The position numbers and the translations under genes are program-made. A stretch of 60,582 bases of DNA, the filler included. It is 9 parts of 9 records of this genome, joined end to end, with 100 filler letters (N's around TTAATTAATTAA, not from the genome) between each part and the next. Parts side by side here need not be neighbours in the genome. Positions count along the whole stretch, not along the records: positions 45,809 to 55,368 come from SRR31156797_31575; positions 55,469 to 60,582 come from SRR31156797_31603; 7 more parts are not named here. One strand, written 5' to 3'. Of the stretch, positions 46,231 to 56,291 are shown in pieces. Below the pieces are notes generated by a model. That model did not search any database and was not told the origin of the DNA. It saw only the letters and a program-made list of their open reading frames with translations. The stretch's first letter is position 1, and the number at the start of each line of letters is the position of its first letter.

Positions 46231-47565
46231 ATGCGAATGAGAAAAATGATGCAGATTTTCGATCCTCCGGTCGCGAACATTAAGCTGCCGGTTATGAGAC
46301 ATGCCAGACAACAATTTCAGATCCCTCCTGCCATCGATGTTCGCCAGCGAATCGACACCGAATGGGAAGAAATCAAGGATGGGATCGGCGAATTGTCCGG
46401 TGCTGAAATAGCCGTCGGCGTCGGCAGTCGAGGGATCGCCGGTATCCAAGCGGTGGTTCGTCGCGTCGTTGCAAGGCTGAAAGCCGTCGGTGCCCGCCCG
46501 TTTATTGTCCCGGCCATGGGGTCACATGGTGGTGCCAATGCAAAAGGGCAACTAGATATTTTAGCACGGTTGGGGATCACTGAAAGCAGCGTTGGCGCAC
46601 CCGTACGCGCCGACATGGAGGTCGTGCCTCTGGGAGAGACGGATGGAATTTCATTTTTCATAAGCAAACTGGCCCATCAGGCGCACGGCATTGTCCTGAT
46701 CAACCGGGTAAAACCCCATACTGATTTTACGGGTTCCATTGAAAGTGGAATCTTCAAGATGCTTGTAATCGGTCTTGGAAATCAAAAAGGGGCCGAGTAT
46801 TATCATAAGATGGCCTTTGGTCGAGGCCTTTACCAAACGATCCGCACCGTTGGGCGGGCATTGCTCGAAAAAACGAACTTCATGTTTGGTGCGGCTATTG
46901 TAGAAAACCAAGACCACGAAATCTGTGACTTGCGACTTGTCCCTCCAGATAGGCTGGAAGAAACGGAAGAAAAACTGCTGGTGCTTGCCAAGGAGAGCCA
47001 ACCGAAACTCCCGCTGGACGATATCGATCTTCTGATCGTCGATCAAATGGGGAAGAATTTCAGCGGCGCCGGACTTGATCCCAATGTCGTTGGAGCATCG
47101 TCCTGTAAAAGGGGTGTCCGCCATTCCACCCCCAGAATATCACGGATATTTGTCCGAAGCCTAAGCGACGAATCCGATGGCAATGGTTCCGGTATCGGGA
47201 TGGTGGATGTTGCCACAGCCCGGCTTGTGGAAGCGGTGGATTGGGAAAAGACAAGCATAAATGCCGTTACCGCAGGTTGCCCCGAGGACTGCAAGGTGCC
47301 GATGATGGTTCGAAGTGAAAAAACTGCGATATCTGTGTCCCTGAATACGATTCGGCTGTGCACGCCCGAAAAATTGAGACTCGTTCACATCAAAAACACA
47401 TTGGAACTCGATGAGCTATACCTGTCCGATGCCTGTCTTTCCGATCTGAAGCCGGAACATCGGGTGAAAGTCGAACCGCAGTTTATGCAGATGCATTTTA
47501 ATGATGCCGGTGACCTCGAATACCGAACGCAATCAATCGTTGTCAATCAAGGCCTGAAGAGATGA
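46231..47565 (+). CDS. Lactate racemase (LarA) superfamily protein
   Basis: GSRGI, PAMGSHGG, NRVKPHTDF, ESGIFKMLVIGLG..GAEYYH, GKNFSGAGLDPNV. Confidence 0.75.
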   Translation: MRMRKMMQIFDPPVANIKLPVMRHARQQFQIPPAIDVRQRIDTEWEEIKDGIGELSGAEIAVGVGSRGIAGIQAVVRRVVARLKAVGARPFIVPAMGSHGGANAKGQLDILARLGITESSVGAPVRADMEVVPLGETDGISFFISKLAHQAHGIVLINRVKPHTDFTGSIESGIFKMLVIGLGNQKGAEYYHKMAFGRGLYQTIRTVGRALLEKTNFMFGAAIVENQDHEICDLRLVPPDRLEETEEKLLVLAKESQPKLPLDDIDLLIVDQMGKNFSGAGLDPNVVGASSCKRGVRHSTPRISRIFVRSLSDESDGNGSGIGMVDVATARLVEAVDWEKTSINAVTAGCPEDCKVPMMVRSEKTAISVSLNTIRLCTPEKLRLVHIKNTLELDELYLSDACLSDLKPEHRVKVEPQFMQMHFNDAGDLEYRTQSIVVNQGLKR

Positions 47566-48338
47566 ATTGCATGCCAAAAGTAGGTCTTTTTTACACCTGC
47601 CTGGTCGATTCGCTGAAGCCCAATATAGCATTGGCGGCCGCCAGATTACTCGAATTGGCCGGTTTTCAGGTGGCAATCCCGCAAGATCAGACCTGCTGCG
47701 GCCGTCCTGCATTCAACAGTGGAAATCGGAAATTGACGCGGGAGATTGCTAAACAAACAATCCTACAGTTCGAACCGTTCGAATACGTGGTCGGACCTTC
47801 AGGATCCTGCCTTTCAATGTTTGTGAAGCATTACCCGGACCTTTTCATAGAAGATCCGGATTGGCATCCCCGGGCCGTGGCCCTGTCGATGAAATCATTC
47901 GATCTGATGGACTTTCTTGTGAGGGTGGCCGACGTAAAGTTGAAAAAAGTTATCTACAACGGCGTGGTCACCTACCATGATTCGTGTACCGGATTGCGGG
48001 AGTTGGGAATCAAGAACCAGCCACGCAGATTGTTGTCACGGGTTAAAGGGCTGAAGCTGGTGGAGATGGAAACGGCGGAAACCTGCTGTGGGTTCGGGGG
48101 TTCCTTCAGTGTCAAATACCCCGAAATTTCCACTCGCCTGGTGGATGCCAAAGTAAAGTCCATTGTCGAAACGGGAGCGGATACCGTGACTGGCGGAGAC
48201 CTGGGATGCCTGATGAATATTTTTGGAAGGTTGAATCGGTTAAATGAAAATATCCGCGTGTTTCATGTCGCGGAAATACTGGCCGGAATGACCGATGACG
48301 GTCCGCTGGTAAGGGCAGGAACGAAGACGGGAAAATGA
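47562..48338 (+). CDS. lutA: L-lactate utilisation protein A (CCG domains)
   Basis: TCLVD, QTCCG, SGSC, TYHDSC, TCCGFGGSFSVK, DLGCLMNI. Confidence 0.92.
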   Translation: MNCMPKVGLFYTCLVDSLKPNIALAAARLLELAGFQVAIPQDQTCCGRPAFNSGNRKLTREIAKQTILQFEPFEYVVGPSGSCLSMFVKHYPDLFIEDPDWHPRAVALSMKSFDLMDFLVRVADVKLKKVIYNGVVTYHDSCTGLRELGIKNQPRRLLSRVKGLKLVEMETAETCCGFGGSFSVKYPEISTRLVDAKVKSIVETGADTVTGGDLGCLMNIFGRLNRLNENIRVFHVAEILAGMTDDGPLVRAGTKTGK

Positions 48339-49753
48339 AACCGGTATCGGAACATTTCAAGGAAAAGGCGCTTGTCGCCTTAAAGAAGCCAGATCTGCAG
48401 GAGGCCATGGCGGCCAACCGTCAATTTGCCGCACAGGCCAGGCAGGCGGCTGTACGTGATCCGTTGCTGCAATCCATGAAAGATCACGCCTGCAAAATCA
48501 AAGACCACGTCTTGGATTCTTTGCCGGACTATCTGAATCAGTATGAACGACAGGCGAAAAGCAACGGCATCCATGTCCATTGGGCTGAGACGGTCGCTGA
48601 TGCGCAACACCACCTAAAGACCATCTGCAAAGAAATCGATGCAAAGCTGGCGATATGCGGAAAGAGCATGATCGCAGCTGAAATGGACGCGGCAGGTACC
48701 CTGAAGGAGATGGGGGTAAAACGATACGAAACCGATCTGGGAGAATATATCCTCCAACTGGCAGGCGACGAGCCGCCAAGCCATGTCAATGGACCGGCTA
48801 TCCATAAAACGTTGGAGCAAATTCGCGAGTTATTTTTTGAACATCATCGAGGCCTTGGATTGGAGGAGGTTCGCGAAAAGACTCCTGAAGAGATGTTGCA
48901 GGACGTTCGAATCCTATTGCGAGAAAAATTTCTCTCCGCGGATGTTGGTATCATCGGTGCGAATTTCTTGGTAGCAGAAACCGGGGCGAATGTATTGGTA
49001 AGCAATGAAGGAAACGCCGATTTAAGTGCGCTGCTGCCGAAAACAAAAATTATACTTGCCAGCATCGAAAAAGTCCTCCCAAGAATGGCGGATGCCGAGG
49101 TTTTTCTGAGATTATTGTGCCTGAGCGCAACCGGGCAAAAAGCAACGGCTTACCAGACGTTTTATTTTGGCAAAAAGAAGAACGACCAATGGGATGGAGC
49201 AGAAAACATCCATATCATTCTTCTGGATAACAACCGTTCCCGCATTCTTGCCTCCCCCTACCGCCCGATCCTTCGTTGCTTCCGTTGTGGCGCCTGCATG
49301 GATAATTGTCCGGTGTACAACGTCATTGGGGGCCACCCCTACGGTTGGATTTATCCGGGACCGATGGGTGTGATCTGGACATCACTGCTGATTGGGCTGA
49401 AGAACACGACGGATCTTGCCCATGCGTGCACGTTAAACGGCCATTGCAACGAAGTGTGCCCGATGAAAATACCGTTAAAGGAGATGATCCGTTTATTGCG
49501 AGAAGACCAATGGGAGCGAGGTGCAAGACGTCCTGCGGAACGGTTGTCTTTGGGCATCTGGGGCTACATTGCCCGCAACCCCAAGTTGTACCACCGGCTG
49601 ACGGCAATGGTCGGTTCAGCTGGCAATCTGCTGTTTAGAGGTAAGGGAACCATCGAAAAGATGCCAGGTGTTGGTGATTGGACCCGGACACGGGATCTGC
49701 CCGCATTTACAAAAGTTCCCTTCAACAAACACCTGACAAACCGCTCACAATAA
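48335..49753 (+). CDS. lutB: L-lactate utilisation protein B (Fe-S)
   Basis: ETDLGEYILQL, GANF, NEGN, CFRCGACMDNCPVY, YPGPMG, CNEVCP. Confidence 0.93.
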   Translation: MKPVSEHFKEKALVALKKPDLQEAMAANRQFAAQARQAAVRDPLLQSMKDHACKIKDHVLDSLPDYLNQYERQAKSNGIHVHWAETVADAQHHLKTICKEIDAKLAICGKSMIAAEMDAAGTLKEMGVKRYETDLGEYILQLAGDEPPSHVNGPAIHKTLEQIRELFFEHHRGLGLEEVREKTPEEMLQDVRILLREKFLSADVGIIGANFLVAETGANVLVSNEGNADLSALLPKTKIILASIEKVLPRMADAEVFLRLLCLSATGQKATAYQTFYFGKKKNDQWDGAENIHIILLDNNRSRILASPYRPILRCFRCGACMDNCPVYNVIGGHPYGWIYPGPMGVIWTSLLIGLKNTTDLAHACTLNGHCNEVCPMKIPLKEMIRLLREDQWERGARRPAERLSLGIWGYIARNPKLYHRLTAMVGSAGNLLFRGKGTIEKMPGVGDWTRTRDLPAFTKVPFNKHLTNRSQ

Positions 49754-49756
49754 GAA

Positions 49757-50359
49757 ATGACTGCGCGCGAACGAATCATAACAAGACTCCGGACTGCCAC
49801 GGAACAATCAACTACGGGGCCTCCCCCCGGAGTGTTTTCCTTTTTGGATTCCGATACCCCTTCACTTTCGGATCAGTTTAAGCAAACTGCAAAAAACAAC
49901 GGAATCGAAATCATCTTAACTGAACGGGCGGATAAAATTCCGACCTTGATAAAAAATCGCGATCATCGTGAAGCAGCTGATCACAAAATATGCATTGCGC
50001 CCGTTTTGCGTGATTTGCCATGGGATCAATTGGACAACGTTCGATTTGGATCTAACGACGGTTCCTACACTGTTGGAATCAGTCGTGCACAGGCAGGCAT
50101 ATCCCAAACGGGGGCGTTGGTCCTGGTCAATGACCAGGATAATCCGGCTTCCATTTGTTTTCTCTCCAGGGAACACGTCGTTGTCCTCTACGAATCTGAA
50201 ATACGAGCCTCGGCAGCAGATATCTGGAATACGGATTTCAGCGAATCCAATGCCGTCCATTTTATTGCCGGGCCTTCAAGCACAGCTGACATCGGGGGTA
50301 AACTTCTGATCGGTGTGCATGGTCCGGAGAAAGTTATATGCATACTAATTTCAGATTGA
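49757..50359 (+). CDS. lutC: L-lactate utilisation protein C (LUD domain)
   Basis: FIAGPSSTADI..LLIGVHGP. Confidence 0.9.
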   Translation: MTARERIITRLRTATEQSTTGPPPGVFSFLDSDTPSLSDQFKQTAKNNGIEIILTERADKIPTLIKNRDHREAADHKICIAPVLRDLPWDQLDNVRFGSNDGSYTVGISRAQAGISQTGALVLVNDQDNPASICFLSREHVVVLYESEIRASAADIWNTDFSESNAVHFIAGPSSTADIGGKLLIGVHGPEKVICILISD

Positions 50360-50435
50360 GACTAATTATCATTTACCCAAACTGCGATTTACCTTTCTTG
50401 AAAAAGGTCGAACAATGATGGTTTCCGTTTTTTTA

Positions 50436-50590
50436 CCATCCATAGAGGTTCCCGAAAGGTGGAACCCGATGGGTGTGCCGATCTCACCGCACCTTCGGCG
50501 TTGGATACCGCCGCACATCGTTGACGACAGCAAGACGACATCTGCCTTGAATTTGCGGCAAGCCCGACAAATCGCTCCGTTTGGGATTTA
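50436..50590. repeat. Degenerate palindromic REP/MITE-like element between convergent genes
   Basis: Several stems (CCATC/GATGG, GGTTCC/GGAACC, GGCG/CGCC); shares CGGCGTT...ATC..ACG...ACATCTGC layout with the reverse complement of 51377-51497. Confidence 0.45.
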
Positions 50591-50594
50591 GCAC

Positions 50595-51230
50595 CTATCG
50601 CCTTCTAAGCACGCCCAACGACTTGATCCGCGGCAACGCTTCAAATCGGCCTGATGCCAATGCGATCTTGTAAACCTCCCAAGGTGCCTGGCCACCGTCT
50701 TCCGGTTTTTCAAAAAGGTCATGAATCAGCAGGTATCCGCCGGGTTGAATGTGGCCCGCCCAACATTCAAAATCGGTTTTTGCCGTCTCGAAGGCGTGGC
50801 CGCCATCGATAAAAACCAACGACAATGGTGTTGCCCAACTGCGGGCAACGACATCCGAGCGGCTCACCAGAGGCACAACGGTCTCTTCCAATCCGGCAAG
50901 GGCAAGGGTCCGACGAAACAGCGGGAAGGTGTCCAAGGTGTAGGTTCTAAAATCCAACAGCGCGGGGTCGAAGTACTCCTCACCCGGCTGCTGTTCTTCC
51001 GAACCGCGATGGTGGTCGATGGAGAAGAGAATCGCATTGTTCTCACGGCAGGCTGTCCCTATGTAGACGGCCGATTTGCCGCAGTAGCTGCCAATCTCCA
51101 CACAAGGTCCGGATTTAGAAGCCTCAAGCGCAATGTTGTAAAGGCGCCGCCCCTCTTCCGGGTCGAGAAAACCTTTGATGGAGTCAATCAGTTCTGAATG
51201 AATTGAGTTCGTTGGGTTTATCGAGTTCAT
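50595..51230 (-). CDS. Class I SAM-dependent methyltransferase (Methyltransf_24-like)
   Basis: VEIGSYCGKS, IDHHRGSEE, VFIDGGH, IHD. Confidence 0.9.
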   Translation of the reverse strand: MNSINPTNSIHSELIDSIKGFLDPEEGRRLYNIALEASKSGPCVEIGSYCGKSAVYIGTACRENNAILFSIDHHRGSEEQQPGEEYFDPALLDFRTYTLDTFPLFRRTLALAGLEETVVPLVSRSDVVARSWATPLSLVFIDGGHAFETAKTDFECWAGHIQPGGYLLIHDLFEKPEDGGQAPWEVYKIALASGRFEALPRIKSLGVLRRR

Positions 51231-51376
51231 TGGGCTTTGTTGGATTTATTGTAATTGTTGTTTTTGTGGTTGCTGGGTCTATTTGGTGATGCTGTCAAGG
51301 CGCGGGAGGCCAGTTTGGAAATCACTCAACATCAATTGCAAAGAGAAAAAAAGCAAATTCCCGTTCATCCAGGAAT

Positions 51377-51497
51377 GGTAGGTTTCGATTTAGGCCAAGG
51401 CCACAAAGAGGTTGAAACCGCAGATGTAGCAGCGCTACGTTGAGGATTTCGGCCGAACGGGAACGCCGGCCTATACCGAAAGATGCTGCTTTTGGAA
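51377..51497. repeat. Palindromic REP/MITE-like intergenic element
   Basis: AAACCGCAGATGTAGC-a-GCGCTACGTTGAGGATTT central imperfect hairpin with AGGCC/GGCCT flanks. Confidence 0.55.
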
Positions 51498-51503
51498 AAA
51501 CAC

Positions 51504-53693
51504 TTAGGGCATGTCGTTGTAATCGCCTCTTACCAGGACCTCTCGGGGTTTCACCCCATCCTGGGGCCCGATAATCCCTTCTTGTTCCATCATCTCAACA
51601 ATGCGAGCGGCCCTGTTGTAACCGACCCGTAAATGCCGCTGGACCATGGAGATGGAAGCCTGACCGGCCTGGGTCACCAGGGCGACGGCATCGTCATAGC
51701 GAGAATCGTACTCCTTTTCCCCCTCTTCCCCCTGCGCCTCTGACGTCGGAGCCTCAATCACATCGTCGTCGTAATTCGGTGGCTGCTGACTTTTCAAAAA
51801 CTCGGTGACGCGGTTCAACTCCTCTTCAGAAATATAGGCCCCGTGAATCCGCTGGAGCTTTGCCGTACCGGGCGGAAGAAATAGCATGTCTCCCATACCC
51901 AGCAAGCTCTCCGCCCCGTTGGTATCGATAATCGTGCGGGAATCGGTTTTGGAGGAGACTTGAAAAGTCAAACGTGTAGGAAAGTTGGCCTTGATAATCC
52001 CCGTGAGGACATCCACCGACGGCCGTTGCGTAGCAAGAATCAAATGCAGCCCTGCTGCCCGTGCCATCTGGGCGAGCCGGGTTAGCGCGACCTCGACATC
52101 CCTGGACGCAACCATCATCAGATCGGCCAGTTCGTCGATAATGATGACGATGTAAGGCAACGGTTTTGGCGGATCTTCCGATAGTCCCTCTCCTTCGGGC
52201 ACCGGAGGTGGGGATTTGATAAGCTTACGATTGTACTGATCGATATTTCGCGTCTTCATCCGGGAGAGGAGTTCATACCGGTGTTCCATTTCACGAACCG
52301 CCCAGAACAAGGCGTTGGTGGCTTTTTTCACATCGGTTACAACGGGTGTGATCAGATGGGGAATCCCGTCGTACATGGAGAGTTCAATGCGTTTTGGATC
52401 CACCATGATCAGTTTCACCTGTTCAGGACTCAACTTATACAGCAAACTGCAGATCATCGTGTTCAGGGCCACACTTTTCCCTGCTCCCGTAGCGCCTGCG
52501 ATCAGTAGGTGCGGCATTTTTTCCAGGCCTGCGGAAACCGGATCTCCCACGATGTCTTTCCCCAGGCAGAGGGTTAGCGTGCTCTTTGATTTTTCGAAAG
52601 AGGGTGAAAGAATCATCTCTTTGAAACAAACCAACTCCCTGTCCGTGTTCGGAATTTCCACGCCGATAACGGCTTTTCCGGGAATGGGAGCGACGATCCG
52701 AATACTGATGGCCCGCAGTGCCAAGGCAAGGTCATCGGTCAGGTTGACAACCCGGTTGATTTTGACCCCCGGAGCCGGCTCGTATTCGAAGGTGGTAATC
52801 ACCGGCCCTGGCGTTACGGCGACCACTTTGCCATGCACGCCAAAGTCCTCCAGTTTTTTTTCCAGAAGACGGGATTGCATGCGCAAATTATCTTTGTTTG
52901 TGGAGGGGGGTCTCTCTTTTGGATCATCTAAAAAACTCACCGACGGTAAGGTGTAATCCGAGCCTTCTTTCATAAAATCGAAAACGGCCTGTTTGGGGAT
53001 CGCTTTGACCGGCACCGGGTTGGTCGTGGGCGTCTTGATTTTGATTTTATCATTTTTTCTTTTTTCCTGCTTTTTTAACGTTTTACGCCGTTTGACCTTT
53101 TTCTGCCGTCTCTCCTTCCATTTGATATAAGCCGTTGCAATCCGCTCATAAAGGGCTGCATTCGCGGATTTGCAGCGCCCATAAAAAGCAACAATGGAGA
53201 ACCCGGTCGCCATGATAAAACCGATCAGCCACACCAGAAGCAAAATGATGAGGCCACCGGTCGGATTTGTGTAATCCACGGCAACGGACTTCAGAGCGGT
53301 TCCGATTACGCCCCCGGAAGAGAATTCGTTTCCAAAAAGGTGGTGTACTTTCTGTTTGAACGCAAGGAGACTGCCGGTCGTTACGATCAGCAAGGCACCT
53401 CCAACGGCCAACGGAAGCAACGCTTTGCTTGTATTTTTTCCGAAAAAAAGAAGACTTCCAAGTAAGAAAATCAACGGGACCCAAAAAGCACCGATGCCGA
53501 AGAGCCCGATGAGAAGACCGGAGAAGTTGGCTCCGAGCACACCAAACAGATTGTGGACCCTCGCCGCCTCTCCGGAGTTGAAGAAGATGCAAAAAAGACA
53601 TGAATCTTCCGGATCAAAGGAGAGCAGGCTGATCAGGCTGAACACCACCATGAAGAAAAAAAGAATGCCGATAATCTCTTTTTTCATTCTCAA
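51504..53693 (-). CDS. ftsK: DNA translocase FtsK
   Basis: 4TM N-terminus, PHLLIAGATGAGKSV, IIDELADLM, ATQRPSVDV, gamma domain GYNRAAR. Confidence 0.97.
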   Translation of the reverse strand: MRMKKEIIGILFFFMVVFSLISLLSFDPEDSCLFCIFFNSGEAARVHNLFGVLGANFSGLLIGLFGIGAFWVPLIFLLGSLLFFGKNTSKALLPLAVGGALLIVTTGSLLAFKQKVHHLFGNEFSSGGVIGTALKSVAVDYTNPTGGLIILLLVWLIGFIMATGFSIVAFYGRCKSANAALYERIATAYIKWKERRQKKVKRRKTLKKQEKRKNDKIKIKTPTTNPVPVKAIPKQAVFDFMKEGSDYTLPSVSFLDDPKERPPSTNKDNLRMQSRLLEKKLEDFGVHGKVVAVTPGPVITTFEYEPAPGVKINRVVNLTDDLALALRAISIRIVAPIPGKAVIGVEIPNTDRELVCFKEMILSPSFEKSKSTLTLCLGKDIVGDPVSAGLEKMPHLLIAGATGAGKSVALNTMICSLLYKLSPEQVKLIMVDPKRIELSMYDGIPHLITPVVTDVKKATNALFWAVREMEHRYELLSRMKTRNIDQYNRKLIKSPPPVPEGEGLSEDPPKPLPYIVIIIDELADLMMVASRDVEVALTRLAQMARAAGLHLILATQRPSVDVLTGIIKANFPTRLTFQVSSKTDSRTIIDTNGAESLLGMGDMLFLPPGTAKLQRIHGAYISEEELNRVTEFLKSQQPPNYDDDVIEAPTSEAQGEEGEKEYDSRYDDAVALVTQAGQASISMVQRHLRVGYNRAARIVEMMEQEGIIGPQDGVKPREVLVRGDYNDMP

Positions 53694-55339
53694 ACTTCCA
53701 CGATAAAAGGTAGGATAACAGGCCTTCGACCGATGGTGAAAAAGAAATACTGCCTGAGTGCGGCTTGAATCCGCTGGCGGATACGCTCCACCCGATTGGG
53801 TACTTCGGGGTTAATATCCTCAACAATTTCCAGGACCACGCACTGGGCATCCTGAAGCAGGTATCCCGTCTCCGTCTCGAAAACAAATCCCCGGGACACG
53901 AGGTCCGGACCGTAAACCACGATACCGGTCTCTTCATCAAAAGCCATGTTGACAACAACCAATCCCTCTTCGGAGAGCACACGCCTCTCTTTGAGCACAC
54001 TGCGTCCCACATCCCCAATACCCTTCCCGTCAATGAGCACCCGGCCTGCACCGATACCATCCCGGATCTGGAAATTGTTTTCTTCCAGTTCGATGACCTT
54101 ACCGTTTTGCGCCAGGATCAAGTTCTCATCGGGAATGCCCACCTCCCTGGCCAATCGCGTGTGCAGAACCAGATGGCGATATTCACCATGGATCGGCATA
54201 AAAAATTTGGGTTTGGTCAGGTTCAGCATCATTTTCAACTCTTCCTTAAAGGCATGGCCGGATACGTGAATGTTCGATATTTTCTCATACACCACGTCGG
54301 CGCCGCGCCGATAAAGATTGTTGATGATATGTGCGATGGCCTTCTCATTTCCGGGGATAAATTTGGAAGAGAGGATTACCTTGTCGTCGGGATGGATCTT
54401 GATCTGCTTGTGTATTCCGGAGGCCATCCGGGCCAATGCGGACATGGGTTCACCCTGGCTTCCCGTGGTCACCATGATAATCTCATTATCCGAGTAGAAA
54501 TTCACCTCTTCGATATCGATTTCGATTCCTTCGGGGATGTTGAGATACCCCAACTTTCTGGCGATCTCCACACTGACTTCGATGCTTCGTCCGTTGAACA
54601 GGATTTTACGGTTTCGCTTCGCGGCGATGTTCACCACCTGCTGAATACGGGCGATATTGGAGGCAAACAGGGCAATGATGATCCGGCCGTTGGCGGCCTC
54701 GGTAATTCTGGCCAATTCACTTCCGATTTCCTGTGCGGAGATGGTATGACCGTCCTTTTCCACGTTGGTGGAATCGGACAAAAGAGCCAGCACCCCCTCT
54801 TCCCCGCACTGGGCAAATCGGTTCACATCGGTCAGCATCCCATCGACAATGGTCTGGCTCATTTTAAAGTCGCCCGTGTGAACGACCAGCCCGACCGGCG
54901 TGCGAATGGCCAACCCCACACCGTCTATAACGCTGTGGTTGACACGAATAAACTCCACTTCAAACGGACCAATTTTCAAATGTTCACGAGGTTGAACCTC
55001 GTGCAGGGAAACGGAATCGATAAGGTCGTGTTCTTCCAGTTTGTGGCGGACGATGCCGAGGGTGAAAGAAGTTCCGAATACCGGGACATTGATCTCTTTT
55101 AACAGAAACGGTAGCGCTCCGATGTGGTCTTCGTGGGCGTGGGTAAGAATTACACCGGAAACCTTGTTCTGATTTTGCCGGAGATATTCCATATCCGGGA
55201 TTACGAAATCAACCCCCAGCATGTAGGCTTCGGGAAACATGATTCCGGCATCGACAACGAATATGGTGTCGCCGTACTCCACAACCATCATGTTCAACCC
55301 GATTTCGCCCAGGCCACCCAAAGGAATTATTTTTAGCAT
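53690..55339 (-). CDS. rnj: Ribonuclease J
   Basis: PLGGLGEIGLNM, THAHEDHIG, HTGDFK, TGSQGEP, HVSGH, PIHGEYRH. Confidence 0.97.
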   Translation of the reverse strand: MLKIIPLGGLGEIGLNMMVVEYGDTIFVVDAGIMFPEAYMLGVDFVIPDMEYLRQNQNKVSGVILTHAHEDHIGALPFLLKEINVPVFGTSFTLGIVRHKLEEHDLIDSVSLHEVQPREHLKIGPFEVEFIRVNHSVIDGVGLAIRTPVGLVVHTGDFKMSQTIVDGMLTDVNRFAQCGEEGVLALLSDSTNVEKDGHTISAQEIGSELARITEAANGRIIIALFASNIARIQQVVNIAAKRNRKILFNGRSIEVSVEIARKLGYLNIPEGIEIDIEEVNFYSDNEIIMVTTGSQGEPMSALARMASGIHKQIKIHPDDKVILSSKFIPGNEKAIAHIINNLYRRGADVVYEKISNIHVSGHAFKEELKMMLNLTKPKFFMPIHGEYRHLVLHTRLAREVGIPDENLILAQNGKVIELEENNFQIRDGIGAGRVLIDGKGIGDVGRSVLKERRVLSEEGLVVVNMAFDEETGIVVYGPDLVSRGFVFETETGYLLQDAQCVVLEIVEDINPEVPNRVERIRQRIQAALRQYFFFTIGRRPVILPFIVEV

Positions 55340-55368
55340 GGTTTAAACATCCCAAACTTTATTTTTCA

Positions 55369-55468
55369 NNNNNNNNNNNNNNNNNNNNNNNNNNNNNNNN
55401 NNNNNNNNNNNNTTAATTAATTAANNNNNNNNNNNNNNNNNNNNNNNNNNNNNNNNNNNNNNNNNNNN
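55369..55468. other. Artificial contig linker
   Basis: Same 100-bp spacer. Confidence 0.99.
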
Positions 55469-56210
55469 GTTTGCTCACGGTGCACTTTGTATGGCCATTA
55501 GCGGAAAATGTTATTTAAGCCTTCATGAAATGAATTCTTCGGCAAACCGGGGTTCGTGTTTACAAACCTGCAGAAGAGCATATACAGTTACCGATAAAGA
55601 AACTGGCGCAGAGCTGGAATTGGACAATGAATACATTATGTCGCCAAAAGACTTAAAGACTATCCATTTTTTGAATAAAATGCTCGATGCAGGTGTTTCT
55701 GTTCTAAAAATAGAAGGCCGGGCACGTTCTCCCGAATATGTAAAAACAACTGCACAATGTTACCGCGAAGCGGTTGATGCTTATTGGGATGGTACATTTA
55801 ATGAAACCAAAATAAAGAACTGGAATAAAAGATTGGAAGCTGTTTTTAATCGTGGTTACTGGGATGGATATTACCTCGGGCAGCATCTGGGAGAATGGAG
55901 TAATAATTATGGTTCACAGGCAACCAAAAGAAAATTATATATTGGAAAGTGCACCAATTATTTTTCAAAAATCCAGGTCGCCGAATTTAAACTCGAAACC
56001 AATAATTTAAAAGTTGGCGATGAGATAATTATTACCGGGCCAACAACAGGTGTCGTTCAAACTGATGTAAAAGAAATCAGGGTAGATTTAAAACCCGTAA
56101 ATGAAGGAAAAAAAGGGGAAAGAATTTCTGTAGCCATAAATACAAAAATACGCCGCTCCGACAAACTTTTTAAAGTTGTTGATGCAAAGGAAGTTAAAGA
56201 TCGGCGATAA
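55469..56210 (+). CDS. Peptidase U32 family protein (tRNA/rRNA hydroxylation-type; 5' truncated)
   Basis: HGALCMAISGKCYLS, NRGSCLQTCR, SPKDL, LKIEGR. Confidence 0.92.
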
Positions 56211-56291
56211 AATAATATTTACACTTAATTTCCGTTTTTCTAAAAAAAGTAGTTAATTTATTCTTTCGTTTCACAAATCTTAGTACACACT

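Noticed and set aside
53765-55102. 445-aa plus-strand ORF
   Set aside because: Antisense shadow of rnj
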